A stretch of DNA of 59,747 nt, filler included. It is 5 parts of 5 records of this genome, joined end to end, with 100 filler letters (N's around TTAATTAATTAA, not from the genome) between each part and the next. Parts side by side here need not be neighbours in the genome. Positions count along the whole stretch, not along the records: positions 1 to 19,567 come from SRR31156797_1618; positions 19,668 to 27,272 come from SRR31156797_1621; 3 more parts are not named here. One strand, 5' to 3'. The translations under genes and the position numbers were made by a program. Position 1 is the first letter of the stretch. Every line of letters begins with the position of its first letter. The notes under the pieces were generated by a model, which made no database searches, was not told the origin of the DNA, and was given only the letters and a program-made list of their open reading frames with translations. Of the stretch, positions 13,160 through 23,165 are shown piece by piece.

Positions 13160-13525
13160 ATGAAAACAAACCTTATAGAAAGCTTTAAAAATATTGACAA
13201 CTACTTTTCTCCAAAAGTTATGGGTGAAGTAAACGATGCCTATGTTAAAATTGCCAAAATAAAAGGCGATGAAGTTCCGTGGCACGATCATAAAAACGAA
13301 GATGAGATGTTTTTTATTCTTGAAGGAAATTTACTTATGGAAGTAGAAGGCATGGAATCTTTTACAATGAACAAGGGAGACATGTATATCGTTAAAAAGG
13401 GCGTTCAGCATAGAGTTTCATCTACCAACGAGTGTAAAATCATGTTAATTGAAAATAAGAGCACTGCACATACAGGAGATGTAAAATCGAATATTACTAA
13501 GGATATTAAGGATCAACTATATTAA
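13160..13525 (+). CDS. Cupin domain protein
   Basis: WHDHKNEDEMFFILEG and V.KGVQHR cupin motifs. Confidence 0.88.
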   Translation: MKTNLIESFKNIDNYFSPKVMGEVNDAYVKIAKIKGDEVPWHDHKNEDEMFFILEGNLLMEVEGMESFTMNKGDMYIVKKGVQHRVSSTNECKIMLIENKSTAHTGDVKSNITKDIKDQLY

Positions 13526-13580
13526 TATCTAAAAATAGCTTCTACCTTAGCTGACTCTATTTACCTAATAACAAAACTCT

Positions 13581-14453
13581 ATGAAAAGGGAAGGTTCTTC
13601 CTATGGCATATTCCTAATGATTTTATCGGTACTTGCCTTTGGTATAATGGCAAGTTTGGTACGCAGCATGTCTCATGTTAGTACCTACATTACTGTTTTT
13701 GTACGTTTTGCAATTGGTGTTGGCATTGTTGGAATACTGGCGATGTTGCGCAAAATAGATCTGAAATTTGTCCGCAGTCCTTTACTATTATTACGCGGTA
13801 TTACTGGAACTGCTTCGGTGGCACTGTTTTATTTGGCTATTGTTAAAATTGGAATGGGTAAAGCATCAGTTTATTCCTACTCCTACCCCTTATTTGCCTC
13901 CTTATTAAGCGTAATTGTCCTCAAAGAAAAAATTCAAACTACCAAATGGCTGATGATGCTTTTGGCTTTTATTGGCATTGCTATGGTCTCCTTTCAATTT
14001 ACTGAATCAGGTAAATCGTGGAATTTTGGTTGGTTTGATTTTTTAGCAATGTTAAGTGCTATAACTAATGCCATCTCCATTATTTTAGTTAAAAAACTAC
14101 ATGGCACAGATAACTCATATGCCATATTTTTTGCTCAATCGATTGTTGGCTTTTGGCTATTTTTAATCCCTGCAAATTTACCTGAACTAACCGGTCCTGT
14201 TACAAGTAGTTATGTATTGATATTTATTGGCTTAGCATCAGCATGTGCCCAATTACTTAACACCGAAGGCTATCGCCATGTTTCTGTAGCTACTGGTTCT
14301 CCTTTTCACATGTTAATTCCAATTGTAAATGTAATTGTTGGTGTTTTCGTATTTAATGAAGTATTCAGTTTACAGGAGATTATTGGTTCAAGTTTGGTGA
14401 TTGTAGCCTGTCTTGGCATCCTGAAGCAGAACAGTTCATCAGCTTTAAAATAA
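13581..14453 (+). CDS. DMT/EamA family transporter
   Basis: About ten TM helices in two repeats; LLRG, P.F..LLS...LKEKI signature. Confidence 0.88.
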   Translation: MKREGSSYGIFLMILSVLAFGIMASLVRSMSHVSTYITVFVRFAIGVGIVGILAMLRKIDLKFVRSPLLLLRGITGTASVALFYLAIVKIGMGKASVYSYSYPLFASLLSVIVLKEKIQTTKWLMMLLAFIGIAMVSFQFTESGKSWNFGWFDFLAMLSAITNAISIILVKKLHGTDNSYAIFFAQSIVGFWLFLIPANLPELTGPVTSSYVLIFIGLASACAQLLNTEGYRHVSVATGSPFHMLIPIVNVIVGVFVFNEVFSLQEIIGSSLVIVACLGILKQNSSSALK

Positions 14454-14506
14454 AGATTTCTTAAATGTTTGAATGAACATTTATTTGTTTGAGCTGTTAT
14501 TTCGGT

Positions 14507-15034
14507 ATGATTACACAATTCTTATTCATACAGATGTTACTAAGCAATAGCACCATGCTATTAACCGATTTTTCCGATAAAGATCTTTCCAATTGGTATA
14601 TCGTTAATGATGTAGTTATGGGAGGAAGATCAGATGCCATCTTTTATATGAACGATGATTCTGCTGCTGTTTTCAAAGGATCTGTTTCTCTCGAAAACAA
14701 TGGTGGATTTTCAATGGTAAAATACAATTTTGAAAATCGAGATATCAAAGCCTACTCAAAAATTGTACTCAAGGTTAAAGGTGATAACAAACGATATCAA
14801 TTAAGATTGCAATCGGATACGAATCAAATGCATTCCTACGTAAAGTACTTTCAAACAACAAACGATTGGCAAATAATAGAATTGGATCTCGAGAATTTCT
14901 ACCCAAGCTTTAGAGGAAGAAAACTAAACCTAGCGAATTTTGAAGGAAATAATCTGGAAGGAATTGCCTTTTTAATTGGTAATAAAAAAGCTGAGGATTT
15001 TGAATTGATGATTAAATGGATTGTTCTTAAATAA
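14507..15034 (+). CDS. CIA30 family protein
   Basis: WYIVNDVVMGGRS, VSLENNGGF, KGDNKRYQ, FRGR. Start uncertain (ATG 14507 or later). Confidence 0.88.
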   Translation: MITQFLFIQMLLSNSTMLLTDFSDKDLSNWYIVNDVVMGGRSDAIFYMNDDSAAVFKGSVSLENNGGFSMVKYNFENRDIKAYSKIVLKVKGDNKRYQLRLQSDTNQMHSYVKYFQTTNDWQIIELDLENFYPSFRGRKLNLANFEGNNLEGIAFLIGNKKAEDFELMIKWIVLK

Positions 15035-15036
15035 AT

Positions 15037-15657
15037 CTACATAGGCAAATAAAAATAGATACCTAAACCATTTGTAAATAAGATATTTCCATAAAGAGAA
15101 TGCTCGAGGAATGCTGCATTTAAAGATTTGTTTCTTAGATAAGTATAGGAAAATATCAAGCTACCTATAAAGGTGAAAATTAATGCTAGCCAATTTCGGA
15201 AAATAATATGAGCCATGGCAAAACAAAAGGCGTTAATAAGCAACATTACCAAAGGACTACTAAAAAGGATCTTGTACCTGTGAAAGAAAAATGCTCTGAA
15301 AATAAATTCTTGCGTGTAGGCTGACCAAATGGGATACGAAACAATGACTGCAATCCAAATCCAAAAATTATTTCTTGGCAAATGGAAAAAGACATCGGCT
15401 CGAAAAACATACACCCAAATAGAAGTAATAACTAATAATACAGATCCTTTTAATAGTATATCCTGCCAAGGGTAATCTCTCCTGATGCGAAAAATTTCTC
15501 TATCAAAATTTTTATCTTTTATAATAATAAAAAGGCAGTATAAGAATACAAGTACAAGTGGAATGGCTTTGTGAACCGGAATCATTTCATAAAAATACAA
15601 AACCGGCAAACCCAGAAACATAAATATCATCTCTATCCACAAGTACAGTCTTCTCAT
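15037..15657 (-). CDS. CPBP (CAAX/Abi) family intramembrane metalloprotease
   Basis: QEFIFRAFF, FAMAH and HSLYGN motifs. The ATG at 15657 (MRRLYLW) is more likely than the track start at 15768. Confidence 0.85.
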   Translation of the reverse strand: MRRLYLWIEMIFMFLGLPVLYFYEMIPVHKAIPLVLVFLYCLFIIIKDKNFDREIFRIRRDYPWQDILLKGSVLLVITSIWVYVFRADVFFHLPRNNFWIWIAVIVSYPIWSAYTQEFIFRAFFFHRYKILFSSPLVMLLINAFCFAMAHIIFRNWLALIFTFIGSLIFSYTYLRNKSLNAAFLEHSLYGNILFTNGLGIYFYLPM

Positions 15658-15918
15658 ATCACCCCAATAAATTAAAGAATCAAATAGAAAAAATCGGCAA
15701 TAAGGAGGATTCTCCCTATTAAGAACCGTTCTATATAATTTACAAAAAACAAGGTGAATTTGTTTCAAAAAGGGCTTAAAAATTTAGGAATGGAACCTTT
15801 TTGATGACAAATGGAAAGCAAGTATGAAAAGCGCTCCAAAAAGCATGATAAACGTATCTATTTTAATGATGGAATTAATTTAAAATCAGATTAATTCACA
15901 TAAGATGTTGATTGGAAG

Positions 15919-16281
15919 CTATGAAGCTTTACGCTGAGCTTTTCTTGCAGCAACAATCATTAAATATCCGGCAATAACGGGTCCGTAAGCCACAAAATGA
16001 TATCCCTTAACATCGAACCATTGAAAATAAGTTCCTAAGGTAGCAACACCTCCAATAATCATTAGGGTCCAACCAATTAATCTTAATTCTCTAGCCTTTA
16101 ATTTACCAGCTTTTTTTACATCGCCAGCAAGAATTTTATTATCAATTTCGCGCACAACATTCTTAATGGTAGTTTCATCAATGCCTTTATCATTCAGCTC
16201 TTTTCTAATTTGAGAGAAATCCATTCCATCAACTTTCTTTCCATGATAGAATTCTACCAATTCTTTAAAATCTTGTGCCAT
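15919..16281 (-). CDS. Hypothetical membrane protein
   Basis: Helical N-terminus plus two C-terminal TM segments (YGPVIAG); TAGATTTG -7 box upstream. Confidence 0.7.
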   Translation of the reverse strand: MAQDFKELVEFYHGKKVDGMDFSQIRKELNDKGIDETTIKNVVREIDNKILAGDVKKAGKLKARELRLIGWTLMIIGGVATLGTYFQWFDVKGYHFVAYGPVIAGYLMIVAARKAQRKAS

Positions 16282-16342
16282 AACTGTATTTTTGTGTTGT
16301 ACAAATCTAATCAGATTGAAATAATATTCAAAAAAGAGACCA

Positions 16343-16374
16343 AATAAAACAGGCTCCTCAAATGAGAAGCCTGT
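16343..16374 (-). terminator. Intrinsic terminator after folD
   Basis: On the minus strand, ACAGGCTTCTC-ATTT-GAGGAGCCTGT hairpin followed by a T-rich tract. Confidence 0.7.
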
Positions 16375-16396
16375 CTATTGAATTTATATCAACAAT

Positions 16397-17278
16397 TTAC
16401 TTGTAGATTTCTTTTTTAGATGCCAATAATGTATTCTGAAGTAGAGATACAATTGTCATTGGACCAACACCACCCGGAACTGGTGTGATGAATGATGCTT
16501 TAGGAGCAACTTCGTCGAATTTAACATCACCTAATAGTTTCCAACCTGACTTGGTTTTATCAGACTTCACACGGTGAATACCTACATCGATAATCACAGC
16601 TCCTTCTTTTACCATATCTCCGGTAAGGAATTCCTTCATTCCCAAAGCAACGATTACGATATCAGCTTCGCGAGTAATTTCGCCAATGTTCTTTGTTCTA
16701 CTATGGCATAAAGTTACTGTACAATCGCCATAAGCAGCCTTACGAGACATTAGAACACTCATTGGAGTACCCACAATGTTACTACGACCAATCACGACAC
16801 AGTTTTTACCAGAAGTCTCAACTTTGTAGCGCTTTAGCAACTCTACAATACCCGCTGGAGTAGCTGGTAGGTACGTAGGAAGACTAGCAACCATTTTACC
16901 AACATTCATAGGATGAAAACCGTCAACATCTTTTTCTGGACGAATGGTTTCGATCACCTTAGTTTCAGAAATGTGCTTTGGAAGAGGCAACTGAACGATT
17001 AATCCATCGATATCATCATTGTCGTTTACCTTGCGAATTTCTGCCAACAATTGCTCTTCGGTAATATCATCCTCGAAACGGAATTCCGAAGATTCAAATC
17101 CCACTGCATGGCAAGCTTTTACCTTTGCCGCAACATAGGTTTCGCTGGCTCCATCGTGTCCAACAATCATAGCTGCCAAGTGAGGTTTTTTTCCACCGGC
17201 TTTTGTAATTAATTCAACTTCGGCAGCAATCTCTTGCTTCACCTCGTTAGAAATCTTTTTTCCGTCGATTAGTTCCAT
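16397..17278 (-). CDS. folD: Bifunctional methylenetetrahydrofolate dehydrogenase/cyclohydrolase
   Basis: MELIDGK start at 17278, [32 protein letters not shown]. Confidence 0.97.
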   Translation of the reverse strand: MELIDGKKISNEVKQEIAAEVELITKAGGKKPHLAAMIVGHDGASETYVAAKVKACHAVGFESSEFRFEDDITEEQLLAEIRKVNDNDDIDGLIVQLPLPKHISETKVIETIRPEKDVDGFHPMNVGKMVASLPTYLPATPAGIVELLKRYKVETSGKNCVVIGRSNIVGTPMSVLMSRKAAYGDCTVTLCHSRTKNIGEITREADIVIVALGMKEFLTGDMVKEGAVIIDVGIHRVKSDKTKSGWKLLGDVKFDEVAPKASFITPVPGGVGPMTIVSLLQNTLLASKKEIYK

Positions 17279-17349
17279 TGTCCTTTGCTTTGTTTGTATA
17301 GTGTAAAAAATGCCTGACACAGAGTATCAAGCATTTCAATCTTTTAATA

Positions 17350-18678
17350 TTATCGTCTGCCCATATTGCCCATCATCCTGGACATGTTTCCGCCTTTCGA
17401 CATCATCTTCATGAGCTTTCTAGTTTCATCAAACTGCTTTATCAGTCGGTTTACATCCTGAATGGTAGAACCACTACCATCGGCGATACGCTTTCTGCGC
17501 GATCCATTAATCAATTTCGGATCGTCTCTTTCTGCTGGAGTCATTGAAAAAATGATTGCTTCAACACCTTTAAATGCATCATCATCAATATCAATATTTT
17601 TCAAAGCTTTTCCTACTCCAGGAATCATTGATGCCAAATCTTTCAAGTTACCCATTTTCTTGATCTGAGAAATCTGAGACAAGAAATCATTAAAGTTGAA
17701 CTGATTTTTCGCAATCTTCTTCTGAAGTTTTTTAGCTTCTTCTTCGTCGAATTGCTCTTGAGCACGCTCTACAAGTGAAACGATATCACCCATACCCAAA
17801 ATACGATCAGCCATACGTTCCGGGTGGAAAACATCTAATGCTTCCATTTTTTCCCCAGTACCCACAAACTTAATTGGTTTGTTTACTACCGAACGAATTG
17901 ATAAAGCAGCACCACCACGAGTATCACCATCCAATTTGGTTAAAACAACACCATCGAAATTCAAACGATCGTTAAATTCTTTGGCTGTATTAACAGCATC
18001 CTGACCTGTCATTGAATCAACAACAAAAAGAGTTTCAGCTGGATCAATTGCCTTTTTAACGGCTTCGATCTCTTTCATCATCTCCTCATCAATTGCCAAA
18101 CGACCAGCCGTATCGACAATTACAAGGTCATTTCCGTTTGCCTTTGCTTCTTTAATAGCAGCCTTGGCAATTTTAACAGGATTCTTATTTTCTTTATCAG
18201 AATATACCGGAACACCAATTTGCTCTCCCAATACATGCAACTGATCGATTGCCGCAGGACGATAAACATCACAGGCAACCAACAGCGGATTCAGAGAACG
18301 CTTTGTTTTTAGCATGTTTGCTAATTTCCCTGAGAAGGTAGTTTTACCCGAACCTTGTAATCCGGCAATTAATATAACGGCAGGTTTTCCCTCGGTGTTG
18401 ATATCAACATGAGTTCCACCCATTAGCTTAGCCAGTTCATCGTGAACAATCTTCACCATTACCTGGTTAGGCTTAAGAGCTGTAAGTACGTTTTCTCCTA
18501 ATGCTTTTTCTTTTACGGTATTGGTAAACGACTTGGCAATTTTAAAGTTAACATCGGCATCTAAAAGCGCACGTCTTACGTCTTTCAATGTCTCAGCAAC
18601 ATTAATTTCGGTAATTTTCCCCTGTCCCTTTAATATTTGGAACGATCGTTCAAGTCTTTCGTTAAGATTTTCAAACAT
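17350..18678 (-). CDS. ffh: Signal recognition particle protein
   Basis: ALLDADV, GLQGSGKTT, DTAGR, TKLDGD, RILGMGD and a Met-rich M domain. Confidence 0.98.
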   Translation of the reverse strand: MFENLNERLERSFQILKGQGKITEINVAETLKDVRRALLDADVNFKIAKSFTNTVKEKALGENVLTALKPNQVMVKIVHDELAKLMGGTHVDINTEGKPAVILIAGLQGSGKTTFSGKLANMLKTKRSLNPLLVACDVYRPAAIDQLHVLGEQIGVPVYSDKENKNPVKIAKAAIKEAKANGNDLVIVDTAGRLAIDEEMMKEIEAVKKAIDPAETLFVVDSMTGQDAVNTAKEFNDRLNFDGVVLTKLDGDTRGGAALSIRSVVNKPIKFVGTGEKMEALDVFHPERMADRILGMGDIVSLVERAQEQFDEEEAKKLQKKIAKNQFNFNDFLSQISQIKKMGNLKDLASMIPGVGKALKNIDIDDDAFKGVEAIIFSMTPAERDDPKLINGSRRKRIADGSGSTIQDVNRLIKQFDETRKLMKMMSKGGNMSRMMGNMGRR

Positions 18679-18887
18679 TATTCTACGTATTTATATTTCA
18701 CTGCAAAATTAAAAAAATATGTGTACAGCAAAAGGGCTAAGTGAAGAAATATCAATCTTTGGAGAAGAAATCTTAATAAGATTTTAGTCTTTGACTGTTA
18801 GCTATTGATTTTCGAAAAGCAAAAAGTACTTTCTTTACAGTCCTTTTGATGGTTCTGAATTGATTCATCCAACAAATTAATTGCTAT

Positions 18888-18925
18888 AAAAAAAAAGCGA
18901 AGTCCATTTCTGAACTCCGCCTTTT
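18888..18925 (-). terminator. Intrinsic terminator after argS
   Basis: GCGGAGTTCA...TGGACTTCGC stem followed by a run of nine T on the minus strand. Confidence 0.65.
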
Positions 18926-18969
18926 CTATATTCTTAATTGCTATCAGCTGTTTGCTGAAAGCTTTATTT

Positions 18970-19566
18970 TTACATTCTTTCTGGTACGCCGATTCCCATA
19001 AGACTCATACCCGATTTAATAATTTCTCCGATTTGTTTCGAAAGAACCATACGGAATGCTTTAACATCAGCATTCTCTTCTTTTGCAATTGGGAAGTCGT
19101 GATAAAACTGATTGTATTCCTTCACCAAGTCGTAAATGTAATTTGCAATTTGAGCAGGACTAGTCTCGTTTCCAGCTTCCTTAATTACTGTTGGATAACT
19201 TGCAACCATCTGAATCAAGATAGATTCCTTTTCAGCAATATCTAGATTTGTCATCGCAGCTTCCGGCACTTCTACTCCTGCATCAACAGCTTTCTTCAAC
19301 ACCGATTGAATTCGCGCATAAGTATATTGTATGAATGGTCCTGTATTTCCGTTAAAATCAATAGAGTCTTTCGGATTAAACATCATGTTTTTCTTAGGAT
19401 CAACTTTAAGGATAAAGTATTTTAAAGCACCCATGGCAACTTTATTATATACATCCTCAGCTTCTTCTTCCGAATAACCTTGTAGTTTACCCAATTCTTT
19501 TGATGTATCTCTGGCAGTATTTACCATTTCATTCATCAAATCATCGGCATCAACAACAGTTCCTTC
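18970..19566 (-). CDS. argS: Arginyl-tRNA synthetase, C-terminal part (5' end cut at contig edge)
   Basis: EGTVVDADDL, GALKYFILKVDPKK, FNGNTGPFIQYTYARIQS, anticodon-binding domain ending GIGVPERM. Confidence 0.93.
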   Translation of the reverse strand, partial: EGTVVDADDLMNEMVNTARDTSKELGKLQGYSEEEAEDVYNKVAMGALKYFILKVDPKKNMMFNPKDSIDFNGNTGPFIQYTYARIQSVLKKAVDAGVEVPEAAMTNLDIAEKESILIQMVASYPTVIKEAGNETSPAQIANYIYDLVKEYNQFYHDFPIAKEENADVKAFRMVLSKQIGEIIKSGMSLMGIGVPERM

Positions 19567-19567
19567 A

Positions 19568-19667
19568 NNNNNNNNNNNNNNNNNNNNNNNNNNNNNNNNN
19601 NNNNNNNNNNNTTAATTAATTAANNNNNNNNNNNNNNNNNNNNNNNNNNNNNNNNNNNNNNNNNNNN
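19568..19667. other. Artificial contig linker
   Basis: N-run, TTAATTAATTAA (stops in all six frames), N-run; composition changes across it. Confidence 0.98.
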
Positions 19668-20270
19668 GCACTTGTAAATGTAAAAACAAAAGAAGTTAAA
19701 GTTAAAATAGTCTATTACGGCCCTGGACGGGGCGGTAAAACAACCAATCTCGAATATATTAACAACACCTACAGAGAGCAAATTAAATCCGAGATGGTCA
19801 GTTTGAAAACCCAGGACGACAGGACCCTTTTCTTTGACTTCCTTCCTTTTGACATTGGCCGGATTAAGGGGTTCAAAGTTATTATCCAGCTTTATACAGT
19901 CCCAGGCCAGGTAAAATACAACGCAACCCGCCGTCTCGTTCTCAAAGGGGTAGATGGTGTTGTTTTTGTCGCGGATATTCAAAAATTCCAACGTAAACGG
20001 AATATTGAATCTCTGAACCAGCTCTACGAAAATTTGAAAACTCATAACCTGGACCTGTTTGACCTGCCTTTGGTGATGCAATATAACAAAGTCGATCTGC
20101 GCAACAAAGGGGAGGATGTGATACCTACAAAAATCTTACAACAAGATTTAAATTCGGTACTCCATGTCCCGGCATTTGAAGCGAGTGCTCTTGGTGGCGG
20201 CAATGTGATGAAAACGCTCAAAAAAATTATTTCCATGACACTTGCATCCATTCAGGATCAGCTTTTCTAA
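19668..20270 (+). CDS. mglA: MglA-family small Ras-like GTPase (start codon lost at contig edge)
   Basis: Frame is open from 19668: ALVNVKTKEVKVKIVYYGPGRGGKTTNLEYI, RTLFFDFLP, LYTVPGQ, GVDGVVFVAD, QYNKVDL, EASA. The track ORF starting at 19794 misses the P-loop. Confidence 0.92.
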   Translation, partial: ALVNVKTKEVKVKIVYYGPGRGGKTTNLEYINNTYREQIKSEMVSLKTQDDRTLFFDFLPFDIGRIKGFKVIIQLYTVPGQVKYNATRRLVLKGVDGVVFVADIQKFQRKRNIESLNQLYENLKTHNLDLFDLPLVMQYNKVDLRNKGEDVIPTKILQQDLNSVLHVPAFEASALGGGNVMKTLKKIISMTLASIQDQLF

Positions 20271-20279
20271 GGAGGAGCA

Positions 20280-21995
20280 TTGGACCAAGACAGCAATTCA
20301 AGTATCATCTCAACCATTCAAGAGCTTTCAGGGTTGATTGCCTCTTTTGAGAACGGCATACCCGATCAAGATGTGCAACTGTTCGTACAGACCGCTTCCG
20401 GCCTCAAAGTACAGCTTCAGGATCAAAAACGATTGTCGCCTATAGGGCAAATTATCCTTTCACTTGGAAAGTACCTGGCATCCAACCAGGCAGAAGCCCA
20501 TCAGGGAACTTTGCCGTTGTTGCAGGAGCAGCTTGATGCCTTGAACACTTTAATAACGGGCAGGGATTTGGATCCGGCAGGGCAAAACCGGTTGGTAAAA
20601 GAAATGATAGATAAATTCAAGGCTTTTAAGGATGATGTTGTTCCTTCGGCCCCGGTTCCCGAAGATCTGGATGAACTGAAAGCCGTTGTTTTGTCCATTG
20701 ACTGGGAAATCACAACTGGGACCATCAGTCAATTCAAAGTGGCTTTGGATCATTTGTTTCAGAAATGGAGAGGCCATTGGGTAAATATCAACCTCCTTAA
20801 AATAATGCAAAGCATCGTAAATTATATCGAATCTAAAAAGGAGGCGGCCCATACAGATTCCATTGATGTCTTGAAGTCCGTTTATATCATTCTTGAAAAA
20901 GTGGTTCATCAGCCTGGATTGAGTGTTCCTGAGAAAAAGCAACGTCTTGATCAAGCGATTGAGTTGTTTAACAGCTTCAAAAAACGGGCTATAGCGCCCC
21001 ATGGGAAAACTGTTGAGTCCAGCAGACAAGAAGGTTCTTCTCAGTTCCAGCAGGACATGCCTCCCGCCCTTTCCCACTTAAGTCATGAAACAAAACAAAC
21101 TACGGCGGACAGTTCGGAAGTAACATTGCTTGACCCTGAAGAAGCAATGGTGCAAGCGGTTTCCCAGAATAAAGCGGATGAGGAGAATATACAGCCGGCC
21201 CTGCAAGGGAAAAGGAATGATTCACCGGGATCCGGCAACGTGATGGATAATCTTTTAAATCCCAAAGAAACAGAAGCGGATAAGATGCTGGATAGAATTC
21301 ATCTCATGGACGTTAACAGCACAAATCCGGTTCACAACCCTGATGAAATGGCCGGGGCGGATCGTGAACTCAAACCCGGTATGAGCGAAATTACCCGGTA
21401 TGATAAGCAATCTAAACCGATTCCGGAAATCGAAGATACGCTGAATGAATTCTTTGGTATTGATATGGAGTCGGATGCGGGCGAAGATATTGCTTTGGAA
21501 GCACCTTCAGAAGCAGAGGCCCTGCAAGACAATACAGATATTGATACAGACGGTGTTGTCCCATTTGATTACGAAGATGAAGTTGATGAGACCTCATATT
21601 CCTCATCCCAGGTCCCGGTTAGTGAGTCAGCTGATTCGGATTTGACGGTCCTGAAGGGTTTAGAAGAGGCCTTTTGCGAGCTTCCGGCGGATGTTGACCA
21701 GACAGACCGGACGAAAATATTACAGGATCTGGAGAGACTTGGAACCAAATGGGACGATGAGCCGGTAAAATCAAGCCTGGTTAAAATAATTGGGTTACTG
21801 TTTGACAGGCTGAGTATTCCTGAGGTTGAGCAAACGTCGGTTCAGGAAACATCTTTCAGGTCGGACGATCAGGACCCCCAAGCAGGGCCTGAACTAAAGC
21901 AGGAAGCGGATATAACCGACAGCCCATCCCCACCCCCGGACCCTGCTCCACAAAAAGGCGTATTGTCAAAACTGAAACGTTTTTTCAGATTCTGA
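20280..21995 (+). CDS. Hypothetical protein with repeated helical domains and an acidic disordered region
   Basis: AAGGAGG RBS; two similar ~100-aa helical units (LSIDWEI motif), a D/E/P-rich middle, and a basic amphipathic C-terminus KGVLSKLKRFFRF. Confidence 0.75.
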   Translation: MDQDSNSSIISTIQELSGLIASFENGIPDQDVQLFVQTASGLKVQLQDQKRLSPIGQIILSLGKYLASNQAEAHQGTLPLLQEQLDALNTLITGRDLDPAGQNRLVKEMIDKFKAFKDDVVPSAPVPEDLDELKAVVLSIDWEITTGTISQFKVALDHLFQKWRGHWVNINLLKIMQSIVNYIESKKEAAHTDSIDVLKSVYIILEKVVHQPGLSVPEKKQRLDQAIELFNSFKKRAIAPHGKTVESSRQEGSSQFQQDMPPALSHLSHETKQTTADSSEVTLLDPEEAMVQAVSQNKADEENIQPALQGKRNDSPGSGNVMDNLLNPKETEADKMLDRIHLMDVNSTNPVHNPDEMAGADRELKPGMSEITRYDKQSKPIPEIEDTLNEFFGIDMESDAGEDIALEAPSEAEALQDNTDIDTDGVVPFDYEDEVDETSYSSSQVPVSESADSDLTVLKGLEEAFCELPADVDQTDRTKILQDLERLGTKWDDEPVKSSLVKIIGLLFDRLSIPEVEQTSVQETSFRSDDQDPQAGPELKQEADITDSPSPPPDPAPQKGVLSKLKRFFRF

Positions 21996-22018
21996 CTCTG
22001 ACCTGACATGTGCATCAA

Positions 22019-22543
22019 ATGATTGCTTTTTGCGAAGACTGCGGAAACAAAAACCATCTGCCTGATCCGGCAGACGGAACAAAAAGGATCATTTTTCAGT
22101 GCAGCAGGTGCGGATATCCCAATAATTATGCTGCCAAGGACACCCCACATCCTGACAAAACGCTTGCATACGATCATGGACATGAGACATTCGATCCGTT
22201 GCTTGGCGCAATATCCGCTCTGCCCAAGATTGACGGGTCCTTTGTTTTCAGCAATGCTGACGGATTGATTGCATTCAATATGCCCAGGCTGTTTTCTGAA
22301 AAACAGATAAAAGCCTTGGCATCGCTTTTAGAACAGACGTATGAAGGCCCCAAACAGGTATACCGCGATATTAAGGATATGGTGCTGGTCACACAAGACA
22401 AAGCCGTCCTAGTAAAATCTTTGGGGCGGTCTAAGTTTCTTGTGGTGGTTGCCGCCCAGTTTCCGATACCTGCCCAAATTATGGAAAAGCTAAACAAATT
22501 TATCGCCTCTTTTGGAAAGAATAGATCAAAGAGGATTCCATAA
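22019..22543 (+). CDS. Zinc-ribbon plus roadblock/LC7 (MglB-like) protein
   Basis: CEDC...CSRC at the N-terminus; roadblock-like pattern LPKIDGSFVFSNADGLIAFNMP...FLVVVA; lies in the mglA operon. Confidence 0.65.
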   Translation: MIAFCEDCGNKNHLPDPADGTKRIIFQCSRCGYPNNYAAKDTPHPDKTLAYDHGHETFDPLLGAISALPKIDGSFVFSNADGLIAFNMPRLFSEKQIKALASLLEQTYEGPKQVYRDIKDMVLVTQDKAVLVKSLGRSKFLVVVAAQFPIPAQIMEKLNKFIASFGKNRSKRIP

Positions 22544-22872
22544 TGAATAAAAAGATAAAGGGATTGGAAAAAATAGCCCGTATAACAGGGGTTCGAGAGT
22601 TCCTGCTGGTAGATGAAAACCGTGTTATCAAAGCCCATGGGGCAAAAGATCCTGAACAAAAGGCCGAATATATAATAAACTGCAGTCAAAAAGCCGGAAG
22701 TATATCTAGGTCCGGTTATCAATATCTTTTGTTTTCCAGGGAGAACCAAAACCATTTGCTCGTATTTCCTGTTGGAACATTTGCCCTGGGAATTATACAG
22801 GAAAAGGGAGTGAATAGTCTTATGCTGGCAAACCAGGTTAAAAAGGCATTAAAAGATATCGATTTTATATGA
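22543..22872 (+). CDS. Small roadblock/LC7-like protein
   Basis: LEKIARITGVREFLLVDENRVI...FALGII pattern; translationally coupled to the previous gene (TAATG). Confidence 0.55.
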   Translation: MNKKIKGLEKIARITGVREFLLVDENRVIKAHGAKDPEQKAEYIINCSQKAGSISRSGYQYLLFSRENQNHLLVFPVGTFALGIIQEKGVNSLMLANQVKKALKDIDFI

Positions 22873-22888
22873 AATAAAGGAGTCACCC

Positions 22889-23164
22889 ATGACCGCTGAA
22901 ACCATTATTCTGGTTTTTACTCTGGCCATTTACCTTATCATCATTTTTGTATTCAACAAGGCACGGATGAAATATTCCGGCGGCAAGATCGGTACGGTTA
23001 TCAACCTGATACTGGTGACGGTATCTTTGTTGTTTGTTTCTGATTATCTTGTGTTTTTGGAAAGTTACCTGGATTCTGAAAATCTGAATATTCTGAGATC
23101 CATGTCCAGAACAGCCGGGCTCGGATTTCTGGCATATGGGGGGGCAAAGATAGCCGATTCATAA
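22889..23164 (+). CDS. Small membrane protein (2-3 TM)
   Basis: AAGGAG RBS; hydrophobic segments; last gene of the mglA operon. Confidence 0.7.
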   Translation: MTAETIILVFTLAIYLIIIFVFNKARMKYSGGKIGTVINLILVTVSLLFVSDYLVFLESYLDSENLNILRSMSRTAGLGFLAYGGAKIADS

Positions 23165-23165
23165 A

